DNA of 64,000 nt from an uncultured Acetatifactor sp. (GTDB lineage: Bacteria > Bacillota > Clostridia > Lachnospirales > Lachnospiraceae). The stretch is from positions 42,888 through 106,887 of the forward strand of contig CAZSAJ010000001.1 in NCBI GenBank assembly GCA_964604835.1, in the 5' to 3' direction. The position numbers and the translations under genes were made by a program. Positions 38,922 through 48,969 of the stretch are shown here, in pieces (within the stretch, counting starts at the first letter, position 1; every line of letters begins with the position of its first letter). The notes beneath the pieces are model-generated. The model made no database searches. It saw only the letters and a list, made by a program, of their open reading frames with translations, and was not told the origin of the DNA.

Positions 38922-40260
38922 ATATATGCGGAATACCAATATGGAGAAGGAGTCCCCTCTGGCGGCGAGAATGCGGCCCCGCACTTTGGAGGAAGTGGTA
39001 GGGCAGGAACATATCATCGGCAGGGACAAGCTTTTGTACCGCGCCATCAAAGCGGATAAAATCAGTTCCGTGATCTTCTACGGACCGCCCGGGACGGGTA
39101 AAACCACGTTGGCCAAGGTGATCGCAGGCACCACCAGCGCGGAGTTTACCCAGATCAACGCGACGGTGGCGGGTAAGAAGGACATGGAAGAGGTGGTGGC
39201 GAAGGCGAAGGATCTGCAGGGGATGTATGGAAAGCGGACGATTTTGTTCATTGATGAGATCCATCGCTTTAATAAGAGCCAGCAGGATTATCTGCTCCCC
39301 TTTGTGGAGGACGGCACCGTGATTCTGATCGGGGCCACTACGGAGAATCCCTATTTTGAGGTGAACGGTGCGTTGATTTCCCGTTCCATTATTTTTGAGC
39401 TGAAGCCCATTCCGAAAGACGCGGTGAAAGAGCTGCTGAAAAAGGCGGTCTATGACGAAGAGCGGGGCATGGGGAGCTATCAGGCAACGATCGATGAGGA
39501 CGCGCTGGATTTTCTGGCGGATATCTCGGGCGGGGATGCCAGACATGCGCTGAACGCCATTGAATTGGGCGTGATGACCACCGAGCGGAGCGGGGACGGC
39601 AGAATCCATATCACTTTGGATGTGGCGCAGGAGTGTATTCAGAAGCGGGCGGTGCGCTATGACAAAAACGGCGACAACCATTATGATACCATATCCGCTT
39701 TTATCAAGAGTATGAGAGGTTCCGACCCGGATGCGGCGGTGTATTATCTGGCGCGGATGCTCTATGCGGGGGAGAGCGTGACCTTTGTGGCCAGACGCAT
39801 CATGATCTGCGCTGCGGAGGATGTGGGAAATGCGGATCCGCAGGCATTGACTGTTGCGGTCAGCGCATCGCTTGCGGCGGAGCGCATCGGCATGCCGGAG
39901 GCTCAGATCATTCTGGCGCAGGCGGCGTCCTATGTGGCCTCCGCGCCCAAGTCCAACGCCAGTGTGGAAGCCATCTCTCAGGCCATGGCGGAGGTGAGAA
40001 GCAGCGGAAATCTGCCGATTCCGACGCATCTGCAGGACGCCCATTACAAGGGGGCGGCCAAACTGGGCCATGGTATCGGCTACAAATACGCCCACGATTA
40101 CCCCAACAATTATGTGGAGCAGCAATATCTGCCCTATGAGTTGAGCGGCAGGGAATTTTACAAGCCTTCGGGAAACGGATATGAGGTGAAGATCAGAGAA
40201 CATATGAAGCGGATCCGCGAGGAGGCGAAGTCAGGCGGGAAGGAAGAAAAGCCGGAATAA
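38908..40260 (+). CDS. rarA: Replication-associated recombination protein A
   Basis: PLAARMRP, GPPGTGKT, DEIHRFNKSQQD, ATTENP, SAFIKSMRGSDPDAA. Confidence 0.97.
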   Translation: MDLFEYMRNTNMEKESPLAARMRPRTLEEVVGQEHIIGRDKLLYRAIKADKISSVIFYGPPGTGKTTLAKVIAGTTSAEFTQINATVAGKKDMEEVVAKAKDLQGMYGKRTILFIDEIHRFNKSQQDYLLPFVEDGTVILIGATTENPYFEVNGALISRSIIFELKPIPKDAVKELLKKAVYDEERGMGSYQATIDEDALDFLADISGGDARHALNAIELGVMTTERSGDGRIHITLDVAQECIQKRAVRYDKNGDNHYDTISAFIKSMRGSDPDAAVYYLARMLYAGESVTFVARRIMICAAEDVGNADPQALTVAVSASLAAERIGMPEAQIILAQAASYVASAPKSNASVEAISQAMAEVRSSGNLPIPTHLQDAHYKGAAKLGHGIGYKYAHDYPNNYVEQQYLPYELSGREFYKPSGNGYEVKIREHMKRIREEAKSGGKEEKPE

Positions 40261-40280
40261 AGCGAATCGCTCGGAAACAC

Positions 40281-40796
40281 TCAAAACAATTCCTGTATCA
40301 GATATTGATAGATGCTCTCGTTTTTGCTGCGCCAGTTGTCGCAGATGGCCGATGCCACTTCCTGCGAGGGGACGGAGAGTGTGATGTCCACCAGAGAGAT
40401 GCCCCTGTCCTTGGCCACCAGATGAGCCTCATACTCGCCGGAGGTGGATTTGTAATAATTGCTCTGCACGGAGACTTCATTGCGCAGAGTCAGTTCATGT
40501 TCCCGGAAATAGGCGTCGATATCCTCCTTGATGGGAGCGCCGATGCGGCTGTCAAAATAGTACAGTGTCTGGGTGCCCTCCTCGGTGATGGCCAGATGGG
40601 TGCGGTTGCCGATGGTCTGGGGGGAGATCATCCCGGCGTCCGTCAGCTCGCCGATAGCTTGCTGAAGCGTCAGGAAATTCGTGTATTCCCGCTCCAGAAT
40701 AAAGTCCGTGATCTGTGCCTTGGTCAGGGGAAAGGTGACTTTGTTCAGCATATAGAGAACGATTAATTTGTAGAGTGTCAACGGATCCTGTAACAT
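40281..40796 (-). CDS. DUF4364 family protein
   Basis: LYKLIVLYML.KV.FPLT..QI.DFILE..YT; usual neighbour of TIGR01212. Confidence 0.8.
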   Translation of the reverse strand: MLQDPLTLYKLIVLYMLNKVTFPLTKAQITDFILEREYTNFLTLQQAIGELTDAGMISPQTIGNRTHLAITEEGTQTLYYFDSRIGAPIKEDIDAYFREHELTLRNEVSVQSNYYKSTSGEYEAHLVAKDRGISLVDITLSVPSQEVASAICDNWRSKNESIYQYLIQELF

Positions 40797-40826
40797 AGCG
40801 TTCCTCTTATATGAATCGATAGATGG

Positions 40827-41879
40827 TCAGGTTTCGGAGAGCGCGTCTCCCTGCATGGCGCCAAGCGCTTTCATGCGGCGATGCAGACTGTTCAGCACGT
40901 CCTTTTTATTGAGGCTCCAAGTGGGCGCAATCAGGATTCGGCGGGGGCCGTCTCCGGTCAGCCGATGGATGACGATCTCCGGGGAGAGATGGCGGATGCA
41001 GTCGATCAGCAGCGCAAGGTACTCGTCTTTCTCCAATGCACGCACTTGTGCGTGCATTTGTGTACGTACTTGTGTGTGCAGTTCTATTGTATCGTTCGCT
41101 GTCCGATTGGATTCCAGATACAGCTCTCCCAGATCCGTACCTTTCAGGTAATGGAGGAGCTGTAGTTTCACGCCGAAGGGCAGCAGGCGGTTCAGATACT
41201 GCACGCTTTCCAGCGTCATCTCCCGCGTCTCGCCGGGCAGTCCCAGAATCAGATGGACGATCACAGGAATCTCCACGGCCCGTAGTTCATAGAAGGCTTT
41301 CTCAAAACAAGGCAGCTCGTAGCCGCGGCGGAGAAATGCCGCTGTCCGCTCATGAATGGTCTGCAGCCCCAGCTCTATCCAGATGAATTTGTCGGGATAG
41401 GCTTTTTTTAATTCCGCGAGAAGCCGCAGAACCTCCTGCGGCAGGCAGTCCGGTCTGGTGGCGACGGAGATCCCGCAGACGGCCGGAGAGGAGAGAGCCT
41501 CCTCATAGATCCGTCGAAGGTATGCCACCGGCGCGTAGGTGTTGGTATACGCCTGAAAATAGGCGATGAGGCAGGCCTCCCGTGCGGAGTGGGAATGCAC
41601 GTCCGGGAAATGTGTTTCCGGAGTGAATTTGTCCCGAAGGCGCTCCAATCCCTCCGCAAGCTGTGTCTCTATGCTTTTGCCCGCCGTATCCACAGCGAAA
41701 TCACCGCTTCCTCCTGCGCTGCAGAAGATGCAGCCCCGATTGTCCAGTGTCCCGTCCCGGTTGGGACAAGTCATGTGGGCGTCCAGTGCGATCCGGTAAC
41801 ACTTGTGGGACAGGGTGTTTTTACACCATGCATCCAGAGAATAATAGGGTTTTTGATGCCATTCGTCCCGCCGCATCAC
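40827..41879 (-). CDS. TIGR01212 family radical SAM protein
   Basis: TCPNRDG...GCIFC, YFQAYTNTY, TRPDCL, ELGLQT, IHRLTGD. Confidence 0.92.
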   Translation of the reverse strand: MMRRDEWHQKPYYSLDAWCKNTLSHKCYRIALDAHMTCPNRDGTLDNRGCIFCSAGGSGDFAVDTAGKSIETQLAEGLERLRDKFTPETHFPDVHSHSAREACLIAYFQAYTNTYAPVAYLRRIYEEALSSPAVCGISVATRPDCLPQEVLRLLAELKKAYPDKFIWIELGLQTIHERTAAFLRRGYELPCFEKAFYELRAVEIPVIVHLILGLPGETREMTLESVQYLNRLLPFGVKLQLLHYLKGTDLGELYLESNRTANDTIELHTQVRTQMHAQVRALEKDEYLALLIDCIRHLSPEIVIHRLTGDGPRRILIAPTWSLNKKDVLNSLHRRMKALGAMQGDALSET

Positions 41880-41882
41880 AAT

Positions 41883-43037
41883 TTATCTCACGATATGGGA
41901 CTTGACGGCCTCGGCCACAAGCTCGGCCACTCTAGGGTCGAAAGCCTCGGGCATGATATTGTCCTCGCTCAGTTCCTCGTCGGATACAAGCCCGGCGATG
42001 GCATTGGCGGCGGCAAGTTTCATCTCCTCGGTGATCTGTGTGGCGCGTCCCTCGAGGGCTCCCTTGAAGATGCCGGGGAATGCCACCACATTGTTGACCT
42101 GATTGGGGAAATCGCTGCGTCCGGTTCCCACCACGCGGGCTCCGGCGGCTTTGGCGACGTCCGGCATGATTTCCGGCACGGGATTGGCCATGGCAAAGAG
42201 GATGGCGTCCCGATTCATGGAGGCCACCATTTCAGGGCTCACAATGTTGGGAGCAGATACGCCCACGAAGATGTCGGCGCCCTTCATGGCGTCGGCGAGG
42301 GTGCCGGTCTCGTTGTTCGGGTTCGTCACTTCCGTCATTTTCTGCTGCATCCAGTTCAAGCCTTGCGTATCCTTGGATACGATGCCCACTTTGTCGCACA
42401 TGATGACCGTGGGGAAACCGTAGGTGAGGAGAAGCTTGGTGATGGCCACGCCCGCGCTGCCCGCGCCGTTTACCACCACGCGGCAGTCCTCTTTTTTCTT
42501 GCCCACCACTTTCAAGGCATTGATGATGCCTGCGAGAACCACGATGGCGGTGCCGTGTTGGTCGTCGTGGAATACGGGGATGTCCAGCGTCGCTTTGAGC
42601 CGCTCCTCGATCTCAAAGCAGCGGGGAGCGCTGATGTCCTCCAAATTGATGCCGCCGAATCCCGGAGCCAGCCATGTCACCGCCTTGATGATCTCCTCGG
42701 TGTCCTGCGTGTCCAGACAGATGGGCACGGCGTTGACCCCGCCGAACTCCTTGAAGAGAACGGCCTTGCCCTCCATGACGGGCATGGCGGCATGAGGACC
42801 GATATTGCCCAGACCCAGAACCGCGCTGCCGTCGGAGATGACGGCCACGGTGTTGGCTTTCATGGTATATTTGTATGCGGCCTCCCGATCTTCGGCGATG
42901 ACCTTGCAGGGCTCCGCCACGCCGGGGGTGTAGCAGAGGGACAGATCTTCTCTGGATTTGACGGGAGTCTTGGAGACGGTCTCTAACTTGCCGTTCCATT
43001 GTTCGTGCAGAAGCAGTGCTTTTTCGTTGGTTGTCAT
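41883..43037 (-). CDS. NAD(P)-dependent malic enzyme
   Basis: YTPGVA, DGSAVLGLG, PVMEGK, INLEDI, FHDDQHGTA, GAGSAG; start at MTTNEK. Confidence 0.95.
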   Translation of the reverse strand: MTTNEKALLLHEQWNGKLETVSKTPVKSREDLSLCYTPGVAEPCKVIAEDREAAYKYTMKANTVAVISDGSAVLGLGNIGPHAAMPVMEGKAVLFKEFGGVNAVPICLDTQDTEEIIKAVTWLAPGFGGINLEDISAPRCFEIEERLKATLDIPVFHDDQHGTAIVVLAGIINALKVVGKKKEDCRVVVNGAGSAGVAITKLLLTYGFPTVIMCDKVGIVSKDTQGLNWMQQKMTEVTNPNNETGTLADAMKGADIFVGVSAPNIVSPEMVASMNRDAILFAMANPVPEIMPDVAKAAGARVVGTGRSDFPNQVNNVVAFPGIFKGALEGRATQITEEMKLAAANAIAGLVSDEELSEDNIMPEAFDPRVAELVAEAVKSHIVR

Positions 43038-43262
43038 GGTAGTACCTCTCTTTTTGTTATGGTTATGCACTTTTATGTGATTGATGACGGAGACCGCGGC
43101 ACGTGTTGCAATCTTCCGGTTCATGGCCGTGAGGGCCCACGGGCTGCCGTATGGTTCTCATTATAGCCCAGCGTCTGTTTGATTGCAAATATTTTCTTTG
43201 CTTTCGGAAGATTGTATGCTATAATTTATATCAAAACTTTGTATTCCACAGGAGGAGAAAAA

Positions 43263-44501
43263 ATGTATTCATTGGATGACGTGAAGCTCGTTGACCCCGA
43301 GATCGCGCAGGCGATTGTGGACGAGCAGGCCAGACAGAACAGTCATATTGAACTGATCGCTTCCGAGAACTGGGTGAGCAAGGCGGTGATGGCGGCCATG
43401 GGAAGCCCCCTCACCAACAAATATGCGGAAGGATATCCCGGAAAGAGATATTACGGCGGCTGTGACTGCGTGGATGTGGTGGAGAATCTGGCCATTGACA
43501 GGGCCAAGAAGCTCTTTGGCTGCGACTATGCGAATGTGCAGCCTCATTCCGGCGCGCAGGCCAATATGGCCGTGCAGTTTGCGGTGTGCAAGCCCGGCGA
43601 CACCATCATGGGTATGAATCTGGATCACGGCGGTCATCTGACACACGGAAGCCCTGTGAATATGTCCGGTAAATATTTCAATATCGTACCTTACGGTGTC
43701 AATGACGATGGATTTATCGACTACGATAAGCTGCGTGAGATCGCGCTGGAGGCAAAGCCCAAGATGATCATTGCGGGTGCATCCGCCTATGCACGCACCA
43801 TTGATTTCAAGAAATTCCGCGAGGTTGCCGACGAGGTGGGCGCGGTGCTCATGGTGGATATGGCGCATATCGCGGGTCTGGTGGCCGCAGGGCTGCATCC
43901 CAGCCCCATCCCCTATGCGGATGTGGTGACCACCACCACGCACAAGACGCTGCGCGGTCCCAGAGGCGGCCTGATTCTGTGCAATCAGGAGGCGGCAGAT
44001 AAGTATAACTTCAACAAAGCAATCTTCCCCGGCATTCAGGGCGGCCCGCTGATGCATGTGATCGCGGCCAAGGCAGTCTGCTTCAAGGAGGCTTTGAGCG
44101 ACGAGTTCAAGACGTATCAGAAAGGCATCGTTGACAATGCGCAGGCACTCTGCAAGGGGCTGACGGACAGAGGAATCAAGATCGTTTCCGGCGGTACGGA
44201 CAATCATCTGATGCTGGTTGACCTGACCAACTTCGGCCTTACGGGCAAGGCGGTGGAGAAGCTGCTCGATGCGGCGCACATCACCTGTAACAAGAACACC
44301 ATCCCCAACGATCCTCAGTCTCCGTTTGTGACAAGCGGAGTGCGTCTGGGTACGCCCGCGGTGACTTCCAGAGGCATGAACACGGCGGATATGGATCGGA
44401 TCGCAGAGGCCATCGCCATGGTCATCAAAGACGGCGAGGCGAAGATTCCCGAGGCTCGGGCAATCGTGCAGACCTTGACCGACAAGTATCCTCTGGTATA
44501 A
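43263..44501 (+). CDS. glyA: Serine hydroxymethyltransferase
   Basis: [42 protein letters not shown]. Confidence 0.98.
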   Translation: MYSLDDVKLVDPEIAQAIVDEQARQNSHIELIASENWVSKAVMAAMGSPLTNKYAEGYPGKRYYGGCDCVDVVENLAIDRAKKLFGCDYANVQPHSGAQANMAVQFAVCKPGDTIMGMNLDHGGHLTHGSPVNMSGKYFNIVPYGVNDDGFIDYDKLREIALEAKPKMIIAGASAYARTIDFKKFREVADEVGAVLMVDMAHIAGLVAAGLHPSPIPYADVVTTTTHKTLRGPRGGLILCNQEAADKYNFNKAIFPGIQGGPLMHVIAAKAVCFKEALSDEFKTYQKGIVDNAQALCKGLTDRGIKIVSGGTDNHLMLVDLTNFGLTGKAVEKLLDAAHITCNKNTIPNDPQSPFVTSGVRLGTPAVTSRGMNTADMDRIAEAIAMVIKDGEAKIPEARAIVQTLTDKYPLV

Positions 44502-44552
44502 GTTTCAAATTAAGTAAGTGCCAAATAAAGTGTCAAAACGAAAAGAATTTTT

Positions 44553-44590
44553 AAAAACAGGGTTGTCGCAAACGGACAGCCCTGTTTTTT
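44553..44590. terminator. Bidirectional terminator between glyA and serpin
   Basis: AAAAACAGGGTTGTC...GACAGCCCTGTTTTT. Confidence 0.75.
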
Positions 44591-44658
44591 GGATATTATT
44601 CGATCAATCTCTCTTTCGTTTTCGCTTGCTTGTGGACCGCCTGTGGCGGAGCGCTCTC

Positions 44659-46104
44659 TCACGGGCGGGTGACTACGCCCGTAAACAGCGGCAGATCTCC
44701 GGCTCCGGTGATGACAAAGACGAAGGGGCGGTCCGCCACGAAGTCCACCTCTTCCGGGAGCGGCATGACGGCCCCGCAGCGCATCATTGTGGTGAAGGCC
44801 GCGGCCTCACAGCCCTCTTCATCAATTTTTACTCTTGCGGCATGCGTAATCTCTGAGATCGGTGCGTCCACATCCGGGTCCATAATGGCTGAGAAATCGG
44901 CCGTTTTGGCGGTGAAGATATCCGTGATGCCCAGTTCTCTCAACAAGTCTGACAGATCCAGTTCCGATGACACATCGAATTTGGGGACGGACAGATTGAC
45001 GATAGCATATTGGGTGTCTTCCCAGTCGGAAGGATGGGTGACCAAATCGGTCAATCCACTTTCTTCCTGCATTAGATCTTCCAAGGAGGAGTCTTCATCC
45101 GGCAGCAGGAGCCACATCCTGCTGCCGCCCATGAAATCGAGGGCAACGGCCGTAAAATGCTCTCCCCGATAAAAATTCATGGGCCGCGACTGATGCATAA
45201 AGTCACAGAGGATATCTTCCGCCTTCGCGTGGAAGGTCTCCCGGGCGGTTTTTGAGCCGGAGAATTCTTCCGTCCAACGGCACTTGAAGTAGAGCGTGGA
45301 GGCCAGAGAAAGCAAGGTATCATCGGAAAAATGCTGTTCGGAGACCTGCTGCTCCAAAAGTCCGCCGGTTCCGTCATTCAGCCATTGTTGAAATTCCCGA
45401 TTGAAGCCGGCGGATCCCATTTTGCCCTGATGGGTGGTGGCGTGATAGGCTTCCGACAAGGTTTTTACGGTGTCGCTTTGAAGGGAAAGACCTTTGTCGG
45501 TCCAGAGGGAAGCGGCGAGCAGAATACTGGAAATCTCATCGTCCCGGCAGTTGCCGTCCCAGAGTTCGGAGACGTACGCCCGCAGAGTTTCTACATCCTC
45601 CGTGCCCAAGAGCGTCAGAAGCTGTTCCCGGCTCTCTCCGTCCGTGATCTCGGCCAGCATGGCCAGAGCGATATAGACGTTGGCAGGAGAGTAGATACGG
45701 TTTTGGCCGTCCGCATTCCCGAGGAACGTGGAAATGGTGGCGGCGTAGAACTCCTCCGGAGACTTTGCGTCGATGACCTTCGGAGAGACCATGTCTGCAG
45801 ACGTGGAGGGCTGCTGTGACCGTTCTTCGGAGGCGGATGCGTCGGACAGCAGGGCAGGCGTCTCGCCGGATGCCGTGAAAGGTTGTTCGCCCGATCCCAC
45901 GGCGGGAGAGAGCCCCCGGGCATTCGGGCTGTCGCAGCCGGCGAGGGGCGAGGCCGTCAGGGAGAGAAACAGAAGCGCGGCCACGGCTTTTCTTGTGAGT
46001 TTTCCAATCTTAGTAAACTCGTTATTTGCAAACTTGTTATTTGCAAACTTACTATGTCCAAATTTACTATGTACAAAAAACGTGGAAAATTTTATAGTAT
46101 TCAT
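44659..46104 (-). CDS. Serpin family lipoprotein
   Basis: Lipobox LAGC, YSP..YIALAML, TLYFKCRW..F, PKF, IDEEGCEAAA hinge, FVADRPFVFVI. Confidence 0.93.
   Translation of the reverse strand: MNTIKFSTFFVHSKFGHSKFANNKFANNEFTKIGKLTRKAVAALLFLSLTASPLAGCDSPNARGLSPAVGSGEQPFTASGETPALLSDASASEERSQQPSTSADMVSPKVIDAKSPEEFYAATISTFLGNADGQNRIYSPANVYIALAMLAEITDGESREQLLTLLGTEDVETLRAYVSELWDGNCRDDEISSILLAASLWTDKGLSLQSDTVKTLSEAYHATTHQGKMGSAGFNREFQQWLNDGTGGLLEQQVSEQHFSDDTLLSLASTLYFKCRWTEEFSGSKTARETFHAKAEDILCDFMHQSRPMNFYRGEHFTAVALDFMGGSRMWLLLPDEDSSLEDLMQEESGLTDLVTHPSDWEDTQYAIVNLSVPKFDVSSELDLSDLLRELGITDIFTAKTADFSAIMDPDVDAPISEITHAARVKIDEEGCEAAAFTTMMRCGAVMPLPEEVDFVADRPFVFVITGAGDLPLFTGVVTRP
46021..46080. repeat. 15-bp tandem repeats in serpin 5' end
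   Basis: GTTATTTGCAAACTT x2 followed by ACTATGTcCAAA / ACTATGTaCAAA units. Confidence 0.8.
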
Positions 46105-46205
46105 AGCGAACCTCCTTGGGACAGTCTGTTGTCCGGTGATTTTGTGTTCTTATCCTATAGGACGACAAACAGGAAGGAGAGTTTCGGGCGGGAAGGAGAA
46201 AAACG

Positions 46206-48317
46206 ATGAGAGCGGATTCTTTCAGAAAACAGTTGACGGAGGGCATCATTCCTTTTTGGAATGGTTGTGTGGATGAGAAAAACGGCGGATTCTGCGGGTA
46301 TGTGGATGAGCACCTTGACAAGGATTGGGAGAGCGACAAGGGAGTGATCCTGCACAGCCGCATCCTGTGGTTTTATTCCACGGCGTATCTGCTCTTAAAG
46401 GACGCCGCGCTTTTGAAGGCGGCGGACCACGCCTACGAATTTATCAGGGAACACTGTCTGGATCACGAGCTGGGCGGCGTCTACTGGTCGGTAACCTTTG
46501 ACGGCAAGCCTGTGGACGATACCAAACACACTTATAATCAGGCGTTTGCGATCTATGCCTTGTCCGCATATTATGAGGCAAGCAATCGGGAGGAGGCGCT
46601 GGAGACGGCCTATGGGCTGTATGAGGTGATAGAGGGAAAATGCAGGGACGTGCAGGGATATCTGGAGGCATTTGACCGGAATTTCGTGCCGGTCTCCAAT
46701 GAGAAGCTTTCGGAGAATGGCGTTCTGGCGGAGCGTACCATGAACACGCTGCTCCATGTGATGGAGAGCTACACGGAGCTTTGCCGCGTGGACGGGAATG
46801 AGAAAGTGCGGGAGCGTCTGCGGGAGGTCGTGGACCGTTTTATTGAGAGAATTTATGATCCCGAGACGAGGAGCTGCGAAGTCTTTTTTGACAAGGAGTA
46901 TCATTCGCTGATCGATCTTGAGTCCTACGGGCACAATATCGAGGCGGCGTGGCTGCTTTCGCGGGCCGGCGAGGTGATCCGCGATGAGAAGTACACAAGG
47001 CGCATTGCCGATGTGAGTTCGGGACTGGCTGCCGCGGCCTATGAACACGCCTATGACAGGGCCCAGCATGGGATGAACAATGAGCGGGAGGGCGCGCAGG
47101 TGGACGCGCAGAAGATCTGGTGGGTGCAGGCGGAATCCGTGGTGGGATTTTACAATGCCTATCAGGCGGAGCCGGAGGAGCGGAGGTATCTTGAGGCGGC
47201 CGAGGATATCTGGGGATTTATTCAGACCTGTGTGGTGGACGGACGGAGCGGAGAACGGTTTGAGTCGGTGCGGGCGGACGGATCCATAGACGCCGGGCGG
47301 GGGATGGCCCACGGATGGAAGGGACCCTATCACAACGGCCGGATGTGTATAGAGATGATCCGGCGGCTGCAGGCGGAAGATACGCCCTGCGATCCCCACG
47401 CTGCAAAGGAAGCGGGAGAGCTGCTCGCCCTGCTTCACCGCACCGCGGGGGAAGGGATCATCACGGGACAGCACACCCAGACCAATGAGACGGAGGAGAT
47501 CGATCACATCCGCTCCGTCACGGGGAAAGCGCCTTTGCTGCAGGGGTTTGAGCTTCTCGCCTATTCGCCTAATATTAATTATGAAGACGCCTCCCCCGAA
47601 TGTCTGGAGGAGGTCGAGAGAAATCGGGGGACCATGGAAACCGCGTTGAGATGGGGGCGGGAGAGCGGCGGCATCGTGACGCTGACTTTTCACTGGTTCT
47701 CGCCCATAGGCGGCAGGGATAAGAGCTTCTACGCCCGGAATACGGATTTTGACGCGGAGGCGGTGCTGCGGGAGGGCACGCCGGAACAGGCGGCTTTTTA
47801 TCGGGATCTGGATGTGATCGCCGGGCAGCTTACGCGGTTTGCACAGGAGGGGATCCCCGTCCTGTGGCGGCCTTTTCATGAGGCGGACGGCGACTGGTTC
47901 TGGTGGGGCGCGAAGGGACCCCGCACGGCGAGGCAGCTATACCGCATGATGTACGATTATTATATGGAAAAAGAGCTTCACAATCTGCTCTGGGTGTGGA
48001 GCTGCAGTGTGGCGGAAGGATATCCCGGGGACGCCAGAGTGGACGTGGTGGCGGCGGATCTCTATCTTTCCGCGTATGCGGCCACGGATTACGGCGAGGA
48101 GTATCAAAAGCTGATTCATGCCACCAGCTTCCGGAAGGTGGCGGCGCTTGGCGAGGTGGGATATCTGCCGGACGTTCGGCTTCTGCAGCAGTCCCGCGTT
48201 CCGTGGGCCTATTATATGACGTGGTCCAAGGAATTCTGTATCGGGGAGCAGTACAACAGCAAAGAGAGTCTGCGGGAAATGTATGAGAGCGGCTATGCGC
48301 GTTCCCTTTCGTCCTGA
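46206..48317 (+). CDS. Fusion of cellobiose/mannobiose 2-epimerase (AGE family) and GH26 beta-mannanase-like domain
   Basis: N-terminal KGVILHSRILW, YNQAFAIY, MNTLLHVME, SYGHNIE, WWVQAE, KGPYH; C-terminal WRPFHEADGDWFWWG, YPGD..VD, ALGEVG. Confidence 0.88.
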   Translation: MRADSFRKQLTEGIIPFWNGCVDEKNGGFCGYVDEHLDKDWESDKGVILHSRILWFYSTAYLLLKDAALLKAADHAYEFIREHCLDHELGGVYWSVTFDGKPVDDTKHTYNQAFAIYALSAYYEASNREEALETAYGLYEVIEGKCRDVQGYLEAFDRNFVPVSNEKLSENGVLAERTMNTLLHVMESYTELCRVDGNEKVRERLREVVDRFIERIYDPETRSCEVFFDKEYHSLIDLESYGHNIEAAWLLSRAGEVIRDEKYTRRIADVSSGLAAAAYEHAYDRAQHGMNNEREGAQVDAQKIWWVQAESVVGFYNAYQAEPEERRYLEAAEDIWGFIQTCVVDGRSGERFESVRADGSIDAGRGMAHGWKGPYHNGRMCIEMIRRLQAEDTPCDPHAAKEAGELLALLHRTAGEGIITGQHTQTNETEEIDHIRSVTGKAPLLQGFELLAYSPNINYEDASPECLEEVERNRGTMETALRWGRESGGIVTLTFHWFSPIGGRDKSFYARNTDFDAEAVLREGTPEQAAFYRDLDVIAGQLTRFAQEGIPVLWRPFHEADGDWFWWGAKGPRTARQLYRMMYDYYMEKELHNLLWVWSCSVAEGYPGDARVDVVAADLYLSAYAATDYGEEYQKLIHATSFRKVAALGEVGYLPDVRLLQQSRVPWAYYMTWSKEFCIGEQYNSKESLREMYESGYARSLSS

Positions 48318-48473
48318 GAGGGGCCGCAGAGGCGGTGTGACGGATTTTGAGGAAAATGTTTGAATTGTTCAGGCAAAAGTTCAAATTTCCTCTTGTGCCC
48401 GGCGGATTTATGTGCTAGAATATCTCTCGGTGACAGACAAGTGTCCGCTTGACGAACACAGGAAGGAAAGAAT

Positions 48474-48917
48474 ATGGGAGAGACGGCCAAGTATTTCGTG
48501 GTACGCCGCAAGGCGGTTCCCGAGGTGCTGCTCAAGGTGGTTGAAGCGAAGCGGCTTTTGGAGTCGGAGAAGGTTCTGACGGTTCAGGAAGCGGTGGACG
48601 CGGTGGGGATCAGCCGCAGTTCTTTTTATAAGTACAAAGACGATATTTTTCAGTTTCATGACAATTCTCAGGGGACAACCGTGACGCTGACTTTTCAGAT
48701 GGAGGATGAGCCGGGGCTTTTGTCGGACGTATTGAAGATCATCGCGGAATATCAGGCCAATATTCTGACGATCCATCAGAGTATTCCCATCAACGGGATC
48801 GCTTCCTTGAGTCTGAGCGTACAGGTGCTTAAGACGACGGGGGATATCTCTAAGATGATAGAGCGGATGGAGGAGCAGAAAGGGGTCCGCCATGTAAAGA
48901 TACTGGCCAGAGAGTGA
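48474..48917 (+). CDS. thrR: ACT domain transcriptional regulator (ThrR/PheB-like)
   Basis: KVVEAKRLL, GISRSSFYKYKD, DEPGLLS, NILTIHQSIP; precedes hom. Confidence 0.8.
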   Translation: MGETAKYFVVRRKAVPEVLLKVVEAKRLLESEKVLTVQEAVDAVGISRSSFYKYKDDIFQFHDNSQGTTVTLTFQMEDEPGLLSDVLKIIAEYQANILTIHQSIPINGIASLSLSVQVLKTTGDISKMIERMEEQKGVRHVKILARE

Positions 48918-48969
48918 GGACCTCAGGAAGAGAAAGTTTTAATAAAGAAGATAAGGGAGAAAACAAAGT

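Noticed and set aside
41038-41080. 12-bp degenerate repeats in the radical SAM gene (HTQVRTQMHAQVRA)
   Set aside because: In-frame loop insertion, most likely neutral slippage.
48353-48460. CodY-like and ThrR-operator-like sequences upstream of thrR
   Set aside because: Too many mismatches to call without a position weight matrix.
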